A stretch of DNA of 64,000 bases from an uncultured Arcobacter sp. Its GTDB lineage: Bacteria; Campylobacterota; Campylobacteria; Campylobacterales; Arcobacteraceae. The position numbers and the translations under genes are program-made. Each line of letters opens with the position of its first letter. Within the stretch, counting starts at the first letter, position 1. The DNA lies in contig OZ223301.1 in NCBI GenBank assembly GCA_965140705.1, positions 256,001 through 320,000 of the forward strand, written 5' to 3'. Positions 10,001-20,604 of this stretch are shown here, piece after piece. The notes under the pieces were generated by a model. That model saw only the letters and a list, made by a program, of their open reading frames with translations. It was not told the origin of the DNA and searched no databases.

Positions 10001-11466
10001 AATTGATTTTTGATTTAAAACAAATCAATCCAGAGGCAAAAATCACAGTTAAGTTAGTATCAACTATTGGTGTTGGAACAATTGCAGCAGGTGTGGCAAA
10101 AGCATATGCAGATAGAATTGTTATCTCAGGTTCAGATGGTGGAACAGGTGCTGCTCCTTTAACATCTATTAAGCACACAGGTAATCCATGGGAAATGGGT
10201 CTTTCAGAAGCTCACAATGCTTTAAAAGCAAATCATCTAAGAGAGTTTGTACATGTACAAACTGATGGTGGGTTAAAAACAGGACTTGATGTTGTAAAAG
10301 CTGCTATGCTTGGGGCTGAATCTTATGCCTTTGGTACAGCTGCACTTACGCTTTTAGGGTGTAAGATTTTAAGAATTTGTCACACAAATAAATGTTCGGT
10401 AGGGGTTGCTACTCAAGATGAAGATTTAAGAGCATTTTTTACAGGTACAGTTGATAGACTTATTTCTTACTTTACATTTATTGGGGAAGATGTTAGAAAA
10501 ATACTTGCATCTTTGGGATATAAAACTATTGAAGAGATTGTTGGAAGAAGTGATTTACTAAAAGTAATTGATGATGAATTTGCACAAAAATTTGATTTTC
10601 AAAATGTATTAAGAAGAATAGATGGAATTGATACCTGTCAAAAGCCTAAAAACGAACCATACGATAAAAATGAGTTTGAAAAAGCGCTATTAAAAAAAGT
10701 ACATAGAACAATAGAAAATCCTAAGATGCCGATTAAAATAAAAGAGACTATTTGTAATTTAAATAGATCATTTGGTACTTTGATTTCTGGTGAGATTGCA
10801 AAATATTATGGGGATAAAGGTTTACCTGATAACTCTATAAATTTTGAGTTAAATGGAATTGCTGGACAATCTTTTGGAGCACTATTATCTAAGGGGATGA
10901 ATTTAAGTCTTTATGGCGCAGCAAATGATTATGTTGGTAAAGGTATGAATGGTGGTAAAATCATTATAAATACTCCACATCAAGGACCAGAATTCGCAGG
11001 TGCAGGTAATACCTGTCTGTATGGTGCAACTGGTGGTAAACTTTATGTTAGAGCAGCTGTAGGGGAACGATTTGCTGTTAGAAATTCAGGTGCAATTGCT
11101 GTTGTTGAAGGAACAGGAGATAATGCATGTGAATATATGACAGGTGGTATTGTTGTTGTTTTAGGTGATACTGGTATCAATTTTGGTGCTGGTATGACTG
11201 GTGGATTATCTTTTATTTATGACCCTGAAAAATCTTTTATTGATAAAATGAATCAAGAATTAATAGAAGCTGTTAGAATTGATACAGATGATACTGAGAG
11301 AGAAAGATTATATTTAAAAAGATTGTTAATGGATTATTTCAATGAAACAGAATCAGAAAGAGCAGCTTTAATATTAGATAATTTTAGACCACAAATAAGA
11401 AACTTTTGGATGGTAAAACCAAAAAATATGACAGTTCTACCATTAGATCCGGATAAGGGAGATTAA
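7030..11466 (+). CDS. gltB: Glutamate synthase large subunit
   Basis: CGFG N-terminal nucleophile, HRGA, HQRFSTNT, HNGEIN, QGAKPGEGGQL, and a 3Fe-4S Cys motif. Confidence 0.98.
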   Translation: MGCNLDLLTSFKDNCGFGLIADLKKRPSHSNLEDAIHSLERMMHRGAVAADGKTGDGSGLLLSMPDKFMRKIAFHEGIDLPETYAVAMIFTSEDSELETFIEFCEKNDLKVLLTRKVPVDTEALGKQALESLPNIVQVFVRPNSLMSSKRFEAMLYLTRKECEHKLKDNKDFYIPTFSSKVIAYKGLIMPTHIKHFYIDLRDEDFQISFALFHQRFSTNTLPKWKLAQPFRAIAHNGEINSVEANRFNVEVKSELVKSEIFSDEEIKRILPILQTGSSDSASLDNMFEFLIANGVDFFKAARSLVPAPWQNAPQMDSDLRAFYEYRSTSMEAWDGPAAISLTDGRHIGCLIDRNGLRPAKYVITKNHKIYITSEYGTLEIDENNIIERGRLQSGQMIGLDLNHGKVLKEDDINNYLKSSQNYVQWLTKDMEYLQEYIDESFLDISDYKVKDIETKQKYFNITYEVLDQVLEPMAKEGKEPVGSMGDDTPMACFSKVNRNFTDYFRQKFAQVTNPPIDPYREKVVMSLETGFGPIYNILDEKPEYAKRLKVVSPILMKEKYDVLRSFGDSTNPRYNSQYKNKIFSTTFKTDLKASLELLSQKVIKAVKEDNITVIILDDRKGSKDNKIMPAAMVVGYLNKRLLEVGIRHQVSLVAVTGEVYDAHMAAVLLAYGVTAIYPYMMYGSVVSLFSRNEISKYEMQALLKNTLKSINAGLLKIMSKMGICTVASYRNSTLFDVIGLSDEIINDCFHGSHSDLAGLGYADIEERIEKIHFNAYCDDTYMFPLNLGGFYRYINGGEYHDYGPATTNAMHNKNAKEKEDITDFDTLRELVNNRDKKFIRDFFEFNSDRKAIDISEVESLEDIFKRFATAAMSLGSISPEAHEAMATAMNTIGGMSNSGEGGEDQKRFGTIKNSKIKQVASGRFGVTPGYLRSAEEIQIKVAQGAKPGEGGQLPGHKVTPLIASLRHTVEGVTLISPPPHHDIYSIEDLAQLIFDLKQINPEAKITVKLVSTIGVGTIAAGVAKAYADRIVISGSDGGTGAAPLTSIKHTGNPWEMGLSEAHNALKANHLREFVHVQTDGGLKTGLDVVKAAMLGAESYAFGTAALTLLGCKILRICHTNKCSVGVATQDEDLRAFFTGTVDRLISYFTFIGEDVRKILASLGYKTIEEIVGRSDLLKVIDDEFAQKFDFQNVLRRIDGIDTCQKPKNEPYDKNEFEKALLKKVHRTIENPKMPIKIKETICNLNRSFGTLISGEIAKYYGDKGLPDNSINFELNGIAGQSFGALLSKGMNLSLYGAANDYVGKGMNGGKIIINTPHQGPEFAGAGNTCLYGATGGKLYVRAAVGERFAVRNSGAIAVVEGTGDNACEYMTGGIVVVLGDTGINFGAGMTGGLSFIYDPEKSFIDKMNQELIEAVRIDTDDTERERLYLKRLLMDYFNETESERAALILDNFRPQIRNFWMVKPKNMTVLPLDPDKGD

Positions 11467-11467
11467 G

Positions 11468-12841
11468 ATGTTAAACTTTACTAAATTTGAAAGAATTAGT
11501 CCTGAAAAAAGAGATGTTTTACAAAGATTAAAAGATTTTGGTGAGATATATGAAGTTTTTGGTAAGGGAAGAGCAAGGGAACAATCTGATAGATGTATGC
11601 AATGTGGTGACCCATATTGTCATACAGGATGTCCTTTAGGAAACTATATCCCTGCATGGTTAAAGCAAACTGCAAATAAAAATTTGGATTTAGCATTCGC
11701 TTTATCTAATGAAACATCTCCTTTCCCTGAAATCTTAGGAAGAATTTGTCCTCAAGATGTTTTATGTGAAGGTGCCTGTTCTTTAAATACAGGTCATGGA
11801 GCTATTTCAATAGGTGCCATTGAAACTCATATTAGTGAAAAAGCTTTTGAAAATGGATTGGAACCAAAATATCCAGAAATAACTAGTGATAAAAAAGTTG
11901 CAATCATAGGTTCAGGACCAAGTGGTTTATCAGCAGCTACTTTTTTATTAAGAAGAGGTATTCAAGTAGAACTTTTTGAAAGATCTGATAGAGCAGGTGG
12001 ACTTTTAACTTATGGAATTCCTGGTTTTAAACTTGATAAATCTGTAGTTCAAAGAAGAGTTGATTGGTTACTAAAAGCTGGAATGAAAATTCACTTAAAT
12101 TGTGAAATTGGAAAAGATAAATCTGCAAAAGATTTAGAAGAAGAATTTGATGCAATCTATCTTGGAATTGGTTCAACATTGGGTAATTATACTGGTATTG
12201 AAGGTGAAGATTCATCTAATGTACATTTAGCAATGGAATTTTTAACTGGAGTTCAAAAAAGAAACTTTGGAAATAAAACTGAAAACTTTATTGATGTAAG
12301 TGGACAAAATGTAGTTGTAATTGGTGGTGGAGATACTGCTATGGACTGTGTGAGAACATCTGTAAGAGAAGGTGCAAGAACTGTAAAATGTCTTTATAGA
12401 AGAGATGAAGCAAATATGCCTGGATCTAAAAAAGAAGTTGTTAATGCAAAAGAAGAGGGTGTTGAATATGTATTTAATGCTTCTCCTAAATCTTTTGTTG
12501 TAAAAGATGGTAAAGCTGTTAAAATTGAAGTATTAACTACTTCTATGAGTGAACCTGATGAATCAGGAAGACAAAAAGTTGTAATAAATGAAGGAAGTGA
12601 ATATTTTGAAGAGGCTGATGTAATAATTTTAGCCTTAGGATTCAAACCAGAAGTTCCAGCATTTCTTAAAGATTTGAAAGTAAAAACTAATTCATGGGGT
12701 GGAATAGAAACAAATAACTATGCCACTTCTAATAATAAAGTTTATGCAGGTGGAGATTGCCAAAGAGGTGCTCACTTAGCTGTAACTGCCTCACTTGATG
12801 GAAGAGAAGCTGCAAAAAAAATTCTTTCTAAACTTATATAA
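11468..12841 (+). CDS. gltD: Glutamate synthase small subunit
   Basis: RCMQCGDPYCHTGCP, GSGPSG and GGGDTAMDC motifs; follows gltB. Confidence 0.97.
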   Translation: MLNFTKFERISPEKRDVLQRLKDFGEIYEVFGKGRAREQSDRCMQCGDPYCHTGCPLGNYIPAWLKQTANKNLDLAFALSNETSPFPEILGRICPQDVLCEGACSLNTGHGAISIGAIETHISEKAFENGLEPKYPEITSDKKVAIIGSGPSGLSAATFLLRRGIQVELFERSDRAGGLLTYGIPGFKLDKSVVQRRVDWLLKAGMKIHLNCEIGKDKSAKDLEEEFDAIYLGIGSTLGNYTGIEGEDSSNVHLAMEFLTGVQKRNFGNKTENFIDVSGQNVVVIGGGDTAMDCVRTSVREGARTVKCLYRRDEANMPGSKKEVVNAKEEGVEYVFNASPKSFVVKDGKAVKIEVLTTSMSEPDESGRQKVVINEGSEYFEEADVIILALGFKPEVPAFLKDLKVKTNSWGGIETNNYATSNNKVYAGGDCQRGAHLAVTASLDGREAAKKILSKLI

Positions 12842-12869
12842 AAAGAAGAGTAATTTTACTCTTCTTTTT
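12840..12869 (+). terminator. Intrinsic terminator of gltBD
   Basis: AAAAGAAGAGTAA-TT-TTACTCTTCTTTT inverted repeat. Confidence 0.8.
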
Positions 12870-12980
12870 AATCTAATAAATTTTTAATTCTTAAAATTAT
12901 CCTTAAATTTCTTATTTTTAACAAAACTGTTATTAATATTGTTCTAATTAAAGAAATTTTTAATAAATATTAGGTTATAA

Positions 12981-13271
<291 letters not shown>

Positions 13272-13274
13272 TAA

Positions 13275-14744
13275 ATGGCTAAGATTACAACTGTTATAGA
13301 CATTGGGTCTAACTCAATGCGTATGGTTGTAATGCAAAAAAGTAGCCGTTTCGCTTTTCATCTTGTAAATGAAACAAAAGCAAGAGTTAAAATCTCTGAA
13401 GGTTCTTATGAAAATGGTGGGAATTTACAAGAAATTCCCATGGAAAGAGCATTTAACTCTTTAAAATCTTTTTTAAATATCTCAAAATCTTTAAAATCTA
13501 GAAAAATCTTTTGTGTAGCAACTTCTGCTATGAGAGATGCCCCCAATTCAAAAATATTTGTAAATAGAGTAAAAAATGAATTAGGTTTAGATATTAAAGT
13601 AATTGATGGTACAAAAGAAGCATATTTTGGTGGAGTGGCTGCTCTTAATTTAATAAAAGCTGATGATTTTATAACTGTTGATATTGGTGGGGGATCGACC
13701 GAATTTGCAATAGTTAGAAATAAAAATATAGAGCATGTCTTATCTTTAGATATAGGAACAGTTAGGTTAGGGGAATTGTTCTTCTCTAAAGGAGATATGG
13801 AAGGTGCAAAAAAATATATTTTAAATAAGCTAGAAGAGCTTAAATCTTGTGGATATGAAATACCAAGTACGGTAATAGGTATTGGTGGAAGTATAAGAGC
13901 TTTGAGTAGAGTAATTATGAAAAAAAATTACTATCCTTTAGATGTTCTTCATGGTTTTAAATATAATGTAAATTCAAATATACAATTATTTGAAGCAATA
14001 TATAACTCAAAAAACAACAATACTTTGAAACTCTTAGGTATAAAAAAAGATAGATTTGACACAATAAAAGAGGGAACTTTTATCTTTTCTACTATTTTAA
14101 ATGAGTTAAATATACAAGAAGTTGTAACATCAGGTGCTGGGGTACGTGAGGGTGTTTATTTAACTGATTTATTAAGAAACTCTAATTGTAAATTTCCAAG
14201 TAATTTTAATGTAAGTGTTCGAAGTTTACTTGATAGATTTCAAGTTGATGAAAAAACAAGTGCTTATAATGGCTCAAATGCCAGAAAAATATTTGATGTA
14301 TTAAAACCAATTCACCAATTAGATGATAAATATAGGACCTTGTTAGTAATTGCTTCAAAACTACACTCTATAGGAAATAGTTTAAATTTCTATAAAGGGA
14401 ATGATAGTACAGCTGCTTTTATATTAAATGGCTTGAATTATGATTTTTTACATAGTTCTAGAGTTACAGTTGCTCATATTATAAAATTCTCAAAAAAATC
14501 ACTACCAATGCAAAGGGATATGATTAAGCATAAGATGCTTTTACCCCCTTTAGAAACTATGCAATGGTTATCTTTTATGATATCTTTAAACCTTCTAATT
14601 AACAATGACCTATCAGCACCAAAAGTAGAGTATAATTTAAAAGATAGTAAACTATGTATTGATATGGAAAGTGATATTTATCTAGTCAAAAGTGAAATAG
14701 ATAAATTACAAATGCCAAAGGGCATAAAAATTAAAATAAAGTAG
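13275..14744 (+). CDS. ppx: Ppx/GppA exopolyphosphatase
   Basis: IDIGSNS, ATSAMRDAPN, DIGGGSTE and GVREG motifs. Confidence 0.93.
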   Translation: MAKITTVIDIGSNSMRMVVMQKSSRFAFHLVNETKARVKISEGSYENGGNLQEIPMERAFNSLKSFLNISKSLKSRKIFCVATSAMRDAPNSKIFVNRVKNELGLDIKVIDGTKEAYFGGVAALNLIKADDFITVDIGGGSTEFAIVRNKNIEHVLSLDIGTVRLGELFFSKGDMEGAKKYILNKLEELKSCGYEIPSTVIGIGGSIRALSRVIMKKNYYPLDVLHGFKYNVNSNIQLFEAIYNSKNNNTLKLLGIKKDRFDTIKEGTFIFSTILNELNIQEVVTSGAGVREGVYLTDLLRNSNCKFPSNFNVSVRSLLDRFQVDEKTSAYNGSNARKIFDVLKPIHQLDDKYRTLLVIASKLHSIGNSLNFYKGNDSTAAFILNGLNYDFLHSSRVTVAHIIKFSKKSLPMQRDMIKHKMLLPPLETMQWLSFMISLNLLINNDLSAPKVEYNLKDSKLCIDMESDIYLVKSEIDKLQMPKGIKIKIK

Positions 14745-14747
14745 TTT

Positions 14748-15758
14748 ATGAATCAAATTAAGAAGCTTGCAATTGTAAAGCTGTCTGCAATGGGTGATAT
14801 TATTCATGCCATGGTTGCTTTACAATATATAAAAAAAAATTATCCAAATATTTTAATTGATTGGTTTGTGGAAGAGAGTTTTTCGCAAGTTTTAGAAAAT
14901 AATCCACATATCAATAATATTTATAGCATAAATTTAAAATTAATAAAAAAAAATAAATTAGAAATTTTTAATCAAATCAAACTAATAAAAAATTATTCAA
15001 AAAATAATTATGACTTAGTTATTGATGCACAAGGTTTAATAAAGTCAGCAATAGTGTCAAGACTTCTAGGACATAGTGTTGCAGGTTTTGACAAAAACTC
15101 AGTAAGAGAAAAAAGTGCTTCACTTTTTTATAATAAAAAAGTATCAATACCCTATGACAAAAATACAATTGATAGAAATGTAAAAGTATTATCTTCTCCT
15201 TTAGGTTTTGAAATTACTTCAAAAATGATATTAGATAAAGAGCCTTTTTTATTTTATAAAGATGAAAATCCTATTATTTATGATTATTTAGATAAAGATA
15301 GAAAGAATATAGTTTTTGTTATTGGCTCAACATGGGAAAGTAGAAATTATCCTAAAGAAAAGTTTTTAAAAATAGCTAATGAGTTAAAAGAGAATTGTGT
15401 CGTAGTTTGGGGTAGCGAAAATGAAAAAGAGAAAGCTTTATGGCTTGAAAACAATTCTAAGTTTATAAAAACTTTGCCAAAAATTGATTTAAATAGTTTA
15501 AAAGCACTTATTTCAAAATCAGTTTTATTAATAGGAAATGATACAGGTCCTACACATATGGCCTGGGCATTAAATATTCCATCTATAACTATTTTTGGTC
15601 CAACTCCTATTAATAGAATTTATCAAACTACAATAAATAAAATAGTAAAATCTAATAGTAAAGTAAATCATTTTAAATTAGATAAAAATGATTTTACAAT
15701 TAGAGAAATTGATGAAAATATTATTATAGAAGAGGCAAAGAATTTATTAAATGGATAG
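14748..15758 (+). CDS. waaC: LPS heptosyltransferase I (GT9)
   Basis: KLSAMGDIIH, DAQGLIKSA and GNDTGPTH motifs; conserved position after ppx. Confidence 0.9.
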   Translation: MNQIKKLAIVKLSAMGDIIHAMVALQYIKKNYPNILIDWFVEESFSQVLENNPHINNIYSINLKLIKKNKLEIFNQIKLIKNYSKNNYDLVIDAQGLIKSAIVSRLLGHSVAGFDKNSVREKSASLFYNKKVSIPYDKNTIDRNVKVLSSPLGFEITSKMILDKEPFLFYKDENPIIYDYLDKDRKNIVFVIGSTWESRNYPKEKFLKIANELKENCVVVWGSENEKEKALWLENNSKFIKTLPKIDLNSLKALISKSVLLIGNDTGPTHMAWALNIPSITIFGPTPINRIYQTTINKIVKSNSKVNHFKLDKNDFTIREIDENIIIEEAKNLLNG

Positions 15759-16641
15759 TATTTATCTTGGATTATTTTTTATATTTAGGTTTATAACACT
15801 ATATACGCCTAAGTGTATTATGGATTTTATTTTAAAATCAGGAGCAGTATTTTTTTATACTATAGATAAAAAACATAGAAAAATTGCTAAAGCAAATTTA
15901 GACCTTGCTTATGAAAATAAAATTAGTGAAGATGAAAAAACTGATATTATAAAAGGGTGTTATAAAAACTTGGTTTACACACTTGCTGATTTTATAAGAA
16001 ATCAAGGTGCAACAAAAGATGAAATACTAAACAAAGTAACTTTTAAAAATGAAGATTTACTAACAAATCTTATCAATCAGAATAGAAAAATTATTATTAT
16101 GACTGCTCATTATGGGAATTGGGAGCTTTTATCATTGGCAATTGCTGCAAAACTTACTCCTCTATCAATAGTAGGTAGGGATTTAGAAAGTGATGTGATG
16201 AATAAAATCTTAACTAAAAATAGAGAACAGTTTGATGTTGAATTATTAAGTAAAAGTGGTGCTATGAAAGGAATGTTACAAGCTTTAAAAAAAAATAGAC
16301 CAGTTGGGATTTTAGTTGATCAAAATACAAAAGATGAAGAGGGTATTTTAATAGATTTTTTTGGTAAAAAAGCAAGACATACTCCAAGTGCTGCTGTTTT
16401 AGCAAAAAAATTTGATGCCGTTATTATTCCAGCTTTTATAAAATCTATGGATAATGAAAATTATGAAATAGAGTTTTATGAATCATTTGAAGTAGCAAAT
16501 AGTGAGGATAAAGAAAAAGATATTTTAGAGTGTGTTCAAAAGCAAGCAGATATTACAGAAGCAGTAATAAAAAGCAAACCAAATGAATGGTTTTGGTTAC
16601 ATAAAAGATGGAAGAATCAGTATGAACACATCTATAAATAA
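15751..16641 (+). CDS. lpxL: Lipid A late acyltransferase (LpxL/HtrB family)
   Basis: AHYGNWE, LVDQN, FFG and WFWLHKRWK motifs. Confidence 0.88.
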   Translation: MDSIYLGLFFIFRFITLYTPKCIMDFILKSGAVFFYTIDKKHRKIAKANLDLAYENKISEDEKTDIIKGCYKNLVYTLADFIRNQGATKDEILNKVTFKNEDLLTNLINQNRKIIIMTAHYGNWELLSLAIAAKLTPLSIVGRDLESDVMNKILTKNREQFDVELLSKSGAMKGMLQALKKNRPVGILVDQNTKDEEGILIDFFGKKARHTPSAAVLAKKFDAVIIPAFIKSMDNENYEIEFYESFEVANSEDKEKDILECVQKQADITEAVIKSKPNEWFWLHKRWKNQYEHIYK

Positions 16642-17335
16642 ACTTTCAATAGTAATAATTACAAAAAATGAAGAGAAATTTATAGGTGATGCTATAAAGT
16701 CATCTTTATTTGCAGATGAAGTATTAATACTTGATAGTGGTTCTAATGACACTACTTGCAAGATTGCAAGTGAATTAGGTGCTAAGGTTTTTGAAGAAGA
16801 ATGGAGAGGTTTTGGTGCTCAAAAAAACCGAGCAGTTGAACTTGCATCTTATGATTGGGTATTTGTTTTAGATAGTGACGAGAGAATCACAGAAGAACTA
16901 AAAAAAGAGATTATAAAAACTTTAGAAAATCCTAGTGCAAATGGATATTTTGTTGCAAGGCTAAATAACTTTTTTGGAAAAGATATTAAAACTTGTGGTC
17001 TTTATCCTGATTATTCAATTAGACTATTTAATAAAAAATTTGGAAAGTTCAATGATGTTCCTGTTCATGAAAGTATTCAACTTCAAACAAAAGCACAAAA
17101 TCTAAAAAATCATATGATACATTTAGCATATGATAGCATTGAAGAGTTTATATCTAAACAAAATAGATATTCAACTCTTAATCATAAAAAAAAGTCTTTG
17201 TTAAAAGCTATATTAAATCCTTATTGGACTTTTTTTAAGCTCTATATTTTAAAACAGGGCTTTAAAGATGGTTGGCATGGCTTTATAATATCAAAACTTT
17301 ATGCTCAATATACATTTTGGAAGTATATTAAATGA
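16622..17335 (+). CDS. GT2 glycosyltransferase (WaaE/KdtX-like)
   Basis: TKNEE, DSGSND and LDSDER motifs; ATG at 16622 chosen as start. Confidence 0.88.
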   Translation: MNTSINKLSIVIITKNEEKFIGDAIKSSLFADEVLILDSGSNDTTCKIASELGAKVFEEEWRGFGAQKNRAVELASYDWVFVLDSDERITEELKKEIIKTLENPSANGYFVARLNNFFGKDIKTCGLYPDYSIRLFNKKFGKFNDVPVHESIQLQTKAQNLKNHMIHLAYDSIEEFISKQNRYSTLNHKKKSLLKAILNPYWTFFKLYILKQGFKDGWHGFIISKLYAQYTFWKYIK

Positions 17336-18441
17336 ATAAAATAAATCCAAAAAAAATCTTAGTAATGAAGTTTAGAAATATAGGTGATGTACTTTTAACT
17401 ACACCTTTAATAAAAAATCTTAAATTAAATTTCCCAAATGCCATTATTGATGTTGCAGTTAATAAAGGCTGTGAGGAAATGGTAACTTTAAATTCTAATA
17501 TAAATGAAGTAATTATTTATGATAGGGCTAAAATAAAAAAATATTCACCAATTAAGAGAATAGTTGAAGAGATAAAATTTGCTTTTTCAATAAGAAGTAA
17601 ATCATATGATATGGTTATTAATACAACCGAAGGTGATAGAGGAGCTCAGTTAGCTCTTTTAAGCGGGGCAAAAATAAAAGTTGGATATCCCAGTGGGAAA
17701 AATATTCTTACTAAAAATGTATTTACAAACTATTTACCAAAACAAGAATTTAGACACACTTTAGAGATGGATTTAGATACATTAAGAGAGTTTAACTTAG
17801 ATATAAAAGAAAAAAAAGTAGAAATATTTTGGTCAAAAGAAGATGAAAAAAAAGTAGATGATATATTAAAAAAAGAAAATATAGAAATTAAAAACTTTAT
17901 TCATATACATGCAGTTTCAAGATGGATGTTTAAATGCATAAATGATGTAACAATGGCAAAAATTATTGATTATTGTGAAAGTGAATTAAATATAAAAGTT
18001 CTTTTAACTGCTGCCCCTGTGTCACAAGAAATAGATAGATTAAATAATATCTTATCATTTTGTAAAACTAATCCAATAAATTTATCAGGAAAATTTACAT
18101 TAAAACAAACTGCTTGTTTAAATAAAAAATCAAAAATATTTATAGGTGTTGATACTTCAATAATGCATATAAGCGCTGCAAATAATGTACCTGTGCTGGC
18201 TTTTTTTGGACCAAGCGGAACAGATCATTGGGGACCTTGGGATAATGATTGTATGGAAAGTGGCTATAAAAATAGGAATGGATTTCAAACTATGGGAAAA
18301 CATAGAGTAATAGCGGAAACAAGAGATTGTCAACCTTGTGGAAAAGATGGTTGTGATGGTACTAAAATAAGTGATTGTCTGATGAATTTAGATTTTGAAT
18401 TTATTAAAAAAAATATTAAAGAGATGGTCAATGAATATTAA
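17332..18441 (+). CDS. GT9 heptosyltransferase III-like (WaaQ/RfaQ type)
   Basis: KFRNIGDVLLTTP, SRWMFKC, GVDTSIMH and WGPW motifs. Confidence 0.82.
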   Translation: MNKINPKKILVMKFRNIGDVLLTTPLIKNLKLNFPNAIIDVAVNKGCEEMVTLNSNINEVIIYDRAKIKKYSPIKRIVEEIKFAFSIRSKSYDMVINTTEGDRGAQLALLSGAKIKVGYPSGKNILTKNVFTNYLPKQEFRHTLEMDLDTLREFNLDIKEKKVEIFWSKEDEKKVDDILKKENIEIKNFIHIHAVSRWMFKCINDVTMAKIIDYCESELNIKVLLTAAPVSQEIDRLNNILSFCKTNPINLSGKFTLKQTACLNKKSKIFIGVDTSIMHISAANNVPVLAFFGPSGTDHWGPWDNDCMESGYKNRNGFQTMGKHRVIAETRDCQPCGKDGCDGTKISDCLMNLDFEFIKKNIKEMVNEY

Positions 18442-19525
18442 AGTGTTACATACTGAATGGTCTGATGGCTGGGGTGGACAAGAAATAAGAATTATTAATG
18501 AAATGATTGCTGTACGAGAAAAAGGTATTGAGGTATTTTTAGCTTGTAGAGATAACTCAGTTATAAAACAAAAAGCAATAGAAAATAAAATAAAAGTTTT
18601 TACTTTACCATTTAGAGGAAATGTAGATTTTAAAACAATGTTTGCTTTGATAAGAATAGTAAAAGAATATAAAATAGATATTATTAATACTCATAGTGGA
18701 AAAGATACTTGGGTTGGTGGGCTTGCTGCTAAATTCTCAGGTATTAAATTTATTAGAACAAGACATTTATCAAATAAAATTAGAAGTAGTAGGTTAAATT
18801 TTATTAATGAATTAGCTGATTTTGTATTTACAACTGGTGAGAGTGTTAAAAAGGATATGATTAAGTATAATCGTATAAATCCAGAAAAGATAGTTTCTAT
18901 CCCTTCTGGAATAGATGAAGAAATATTTAATCCAGATTTATATGAAAAAAACAAATCAAAAGAATTATTTAATATGGATAATTCTATTATCATAGGTAAT
19001 GTTGCTGTATTAAGAGATTGTAAAAGACATGATAATTTTTTAGAAATTGCTAGAAGACTTATTGATTTATACAAAAATAAAAAGTTTAAATTTTATATTG
19101 CAGGGGAAGGACCTATGCGTGATTTTGTTGAAAATAAAATCAAAGAACTTTCTCTTGAAAATGATGTTATATTATTAGGACATATTACTAATGTTGCAGA
19201 ATTTTTAACTGCATTGGATATTTTTTTATTTACTTCTGATGAGAGAGAAGGAATTCCTCAATCAGTTATGCAAGCATTATTAATGAATAAGAATGTTGTT
19301 TCAACTAATGATGGTAGTACTTCTGATCTATATAAAGGTAATAATTTTTTGATTTCAGATGTTGATATTGAAAGTGTATATAAAAATGTTTGTAAGATGG
19401 TTGAAAACTTGGATAATGAAGGTTTTTTAAATATTAATAGAAAGTATATTGTAGAAAATTTTTCTAAAGTAGCATCGACAAAAAAAATAATTAACTGCTA
19501 TAATGAAATGATGAATAATTCATGA
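18431..19525 (+). CDS. GT4 glycosyltransferase
   Basis: GWGGQE, NTHSGKD and EGIPQSVMQA motifs. Confidence 0.88.
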   Translation: MNIKVLHTEWSDGWGGQEIRIINEMIAVREKGIEVFLACRDNSVIKQKAIENKIKVFTLPFRGNVDFKTMFALIRIVKEYKIDIINTHSGKDTWVGGLAAKFSGIKFIRTRHLSNKIRSSRLNFINELADFVFTTGESVKKDMIKYNRINPEKIVSIPSGIDEEIFNPDLYEKNKSKELFNMDNSIIIGNVAVLRDCKRHDNFLEIARRLIDLYKNKKFKFYIAGEGPMRDFVENKIKELSLENDVILLGHITNVAEFLTALDIFLFTSDEREGIPQSVMQALLMNKNVVSTNDGSTSDLYKGNNFLISDVDIESVYKNVCKMVENLDNEGFLNINRKYIVENFSKVASTKKIINCYNEMMNNS

Positions 19526-20604
19526 AAAAACTTATCAAACTTTATAATAAGATAATGATTAATTTTAAAAATAAATCAGAACCTATTAAAATGGAAAAAG
19601 TTTTAATAGTATCAAATACTGCATTGGGAGATCTTTTATTATCAACTCCAGCCATAAAAAGTTTAAAAAAAAGTTTTCCTAATCTATATATTGAGTTAAT
19701 GATTAATAAAAAATTATTAAATTTATTTAATAATTTTGAGTATGTAGATAATGTAATCGCATATGATCGTAGTTTTTTTGGACTGATTAATCATATAAAA
19801 TATTTAAAAGAAAAAAAGTTTGATACAATTTTTTTCCTACATTCAAATGGACCACAAGATTTATTTATTGCTTTAGCTTCTAATATTAAAAATGTTTTAA
19901 AAGCAATAAACTATCCCTCAAAAGTATCAGATGAATTTTCTAAATTTATTTTAAATAAACCAGATTATAGTAATAAAAAACATATTATTGAGCATAGGTT
20001 AGATTTGATAAGAGTATTTAGTCCTAAAATAATTGATAAAACTATTTCTTTACCTAATTTGTATTATGAAAGTTTTTTAAAAGAAAAGAAAATAAATATT
20101 GGTATTCAGTTAGGAGCAGCAGATATTTATAAAATGTGGCCTTTAGATAATTTCATAGAGCTCATAAATAAAATTGATGAAAATATAAATGAAGACTTTA
20201 GTATTACTTTTTTTGGTTTAAAAGAAGAAAAAAAATTGTCTGATAATGTTATATCAAAAATTAATGAAAGTAACACGATAAATCTCTGTGGTAAGACAAC
20301 TATTGATGAATTACCATATAAATTAAAAGAGGTTGATTTCTTATTAACTAATGATACAGGAACATTACATTTAGCAATTGCATTAAATATTCCAACTATT
20401 TCTTTATTTTCACCAACAGATTCAAAAATTTTTGGTCCATATCAAGATTTTGATAAACATATTGTAATCCAAGAGGATGGTGATTTTATTAATGTTAAAG
20501 CAAAAAAACAAAGAACACAAGAAGCTATGAGTTTAATAAGTGTAGAAAAAGTATTTGATTCTATAAAACTTCAATTAAAAAGGTTGAATAAATGTGTGGA
20601 ATAG
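19522..20604 (+). CDS. GT9 glycosyltransferase
   Basis: TALGDLLLSTP, KMWP and TNDTGTLHLA motifs. Confidence 0.88.
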   Translation: MKKLIKLYNKIMINFKNKSEPIKMEKVLIVSNTALGDLLLSTPAIKSLKKSFPNLYIELMINKKLLNLFNNFEYVDNVIAYDRSFFGLINHIKYLKEKKFDTIFFLHSNGPQDLFIALASNIKNVLKAINYPSKVSDEFSKFILNKPDYSNKKHIIEHRLDLIRVFSPKIIDKTISLPNLYYESFLKEKKINIGIQLGAADIYKMWPLDNFIELINKIDENINEDFSITFFGLKEEKKLSDNVISKINESNTINLCGKTTIDELPYKLKEVDFLLTNDTGTLHLAIALNIPTISLFSPTDSKIFGPYQDFDKHIVIQEDGDFINVKAKKQRTQEAMSLISVEKVFDSIKLQLKRLNKCVE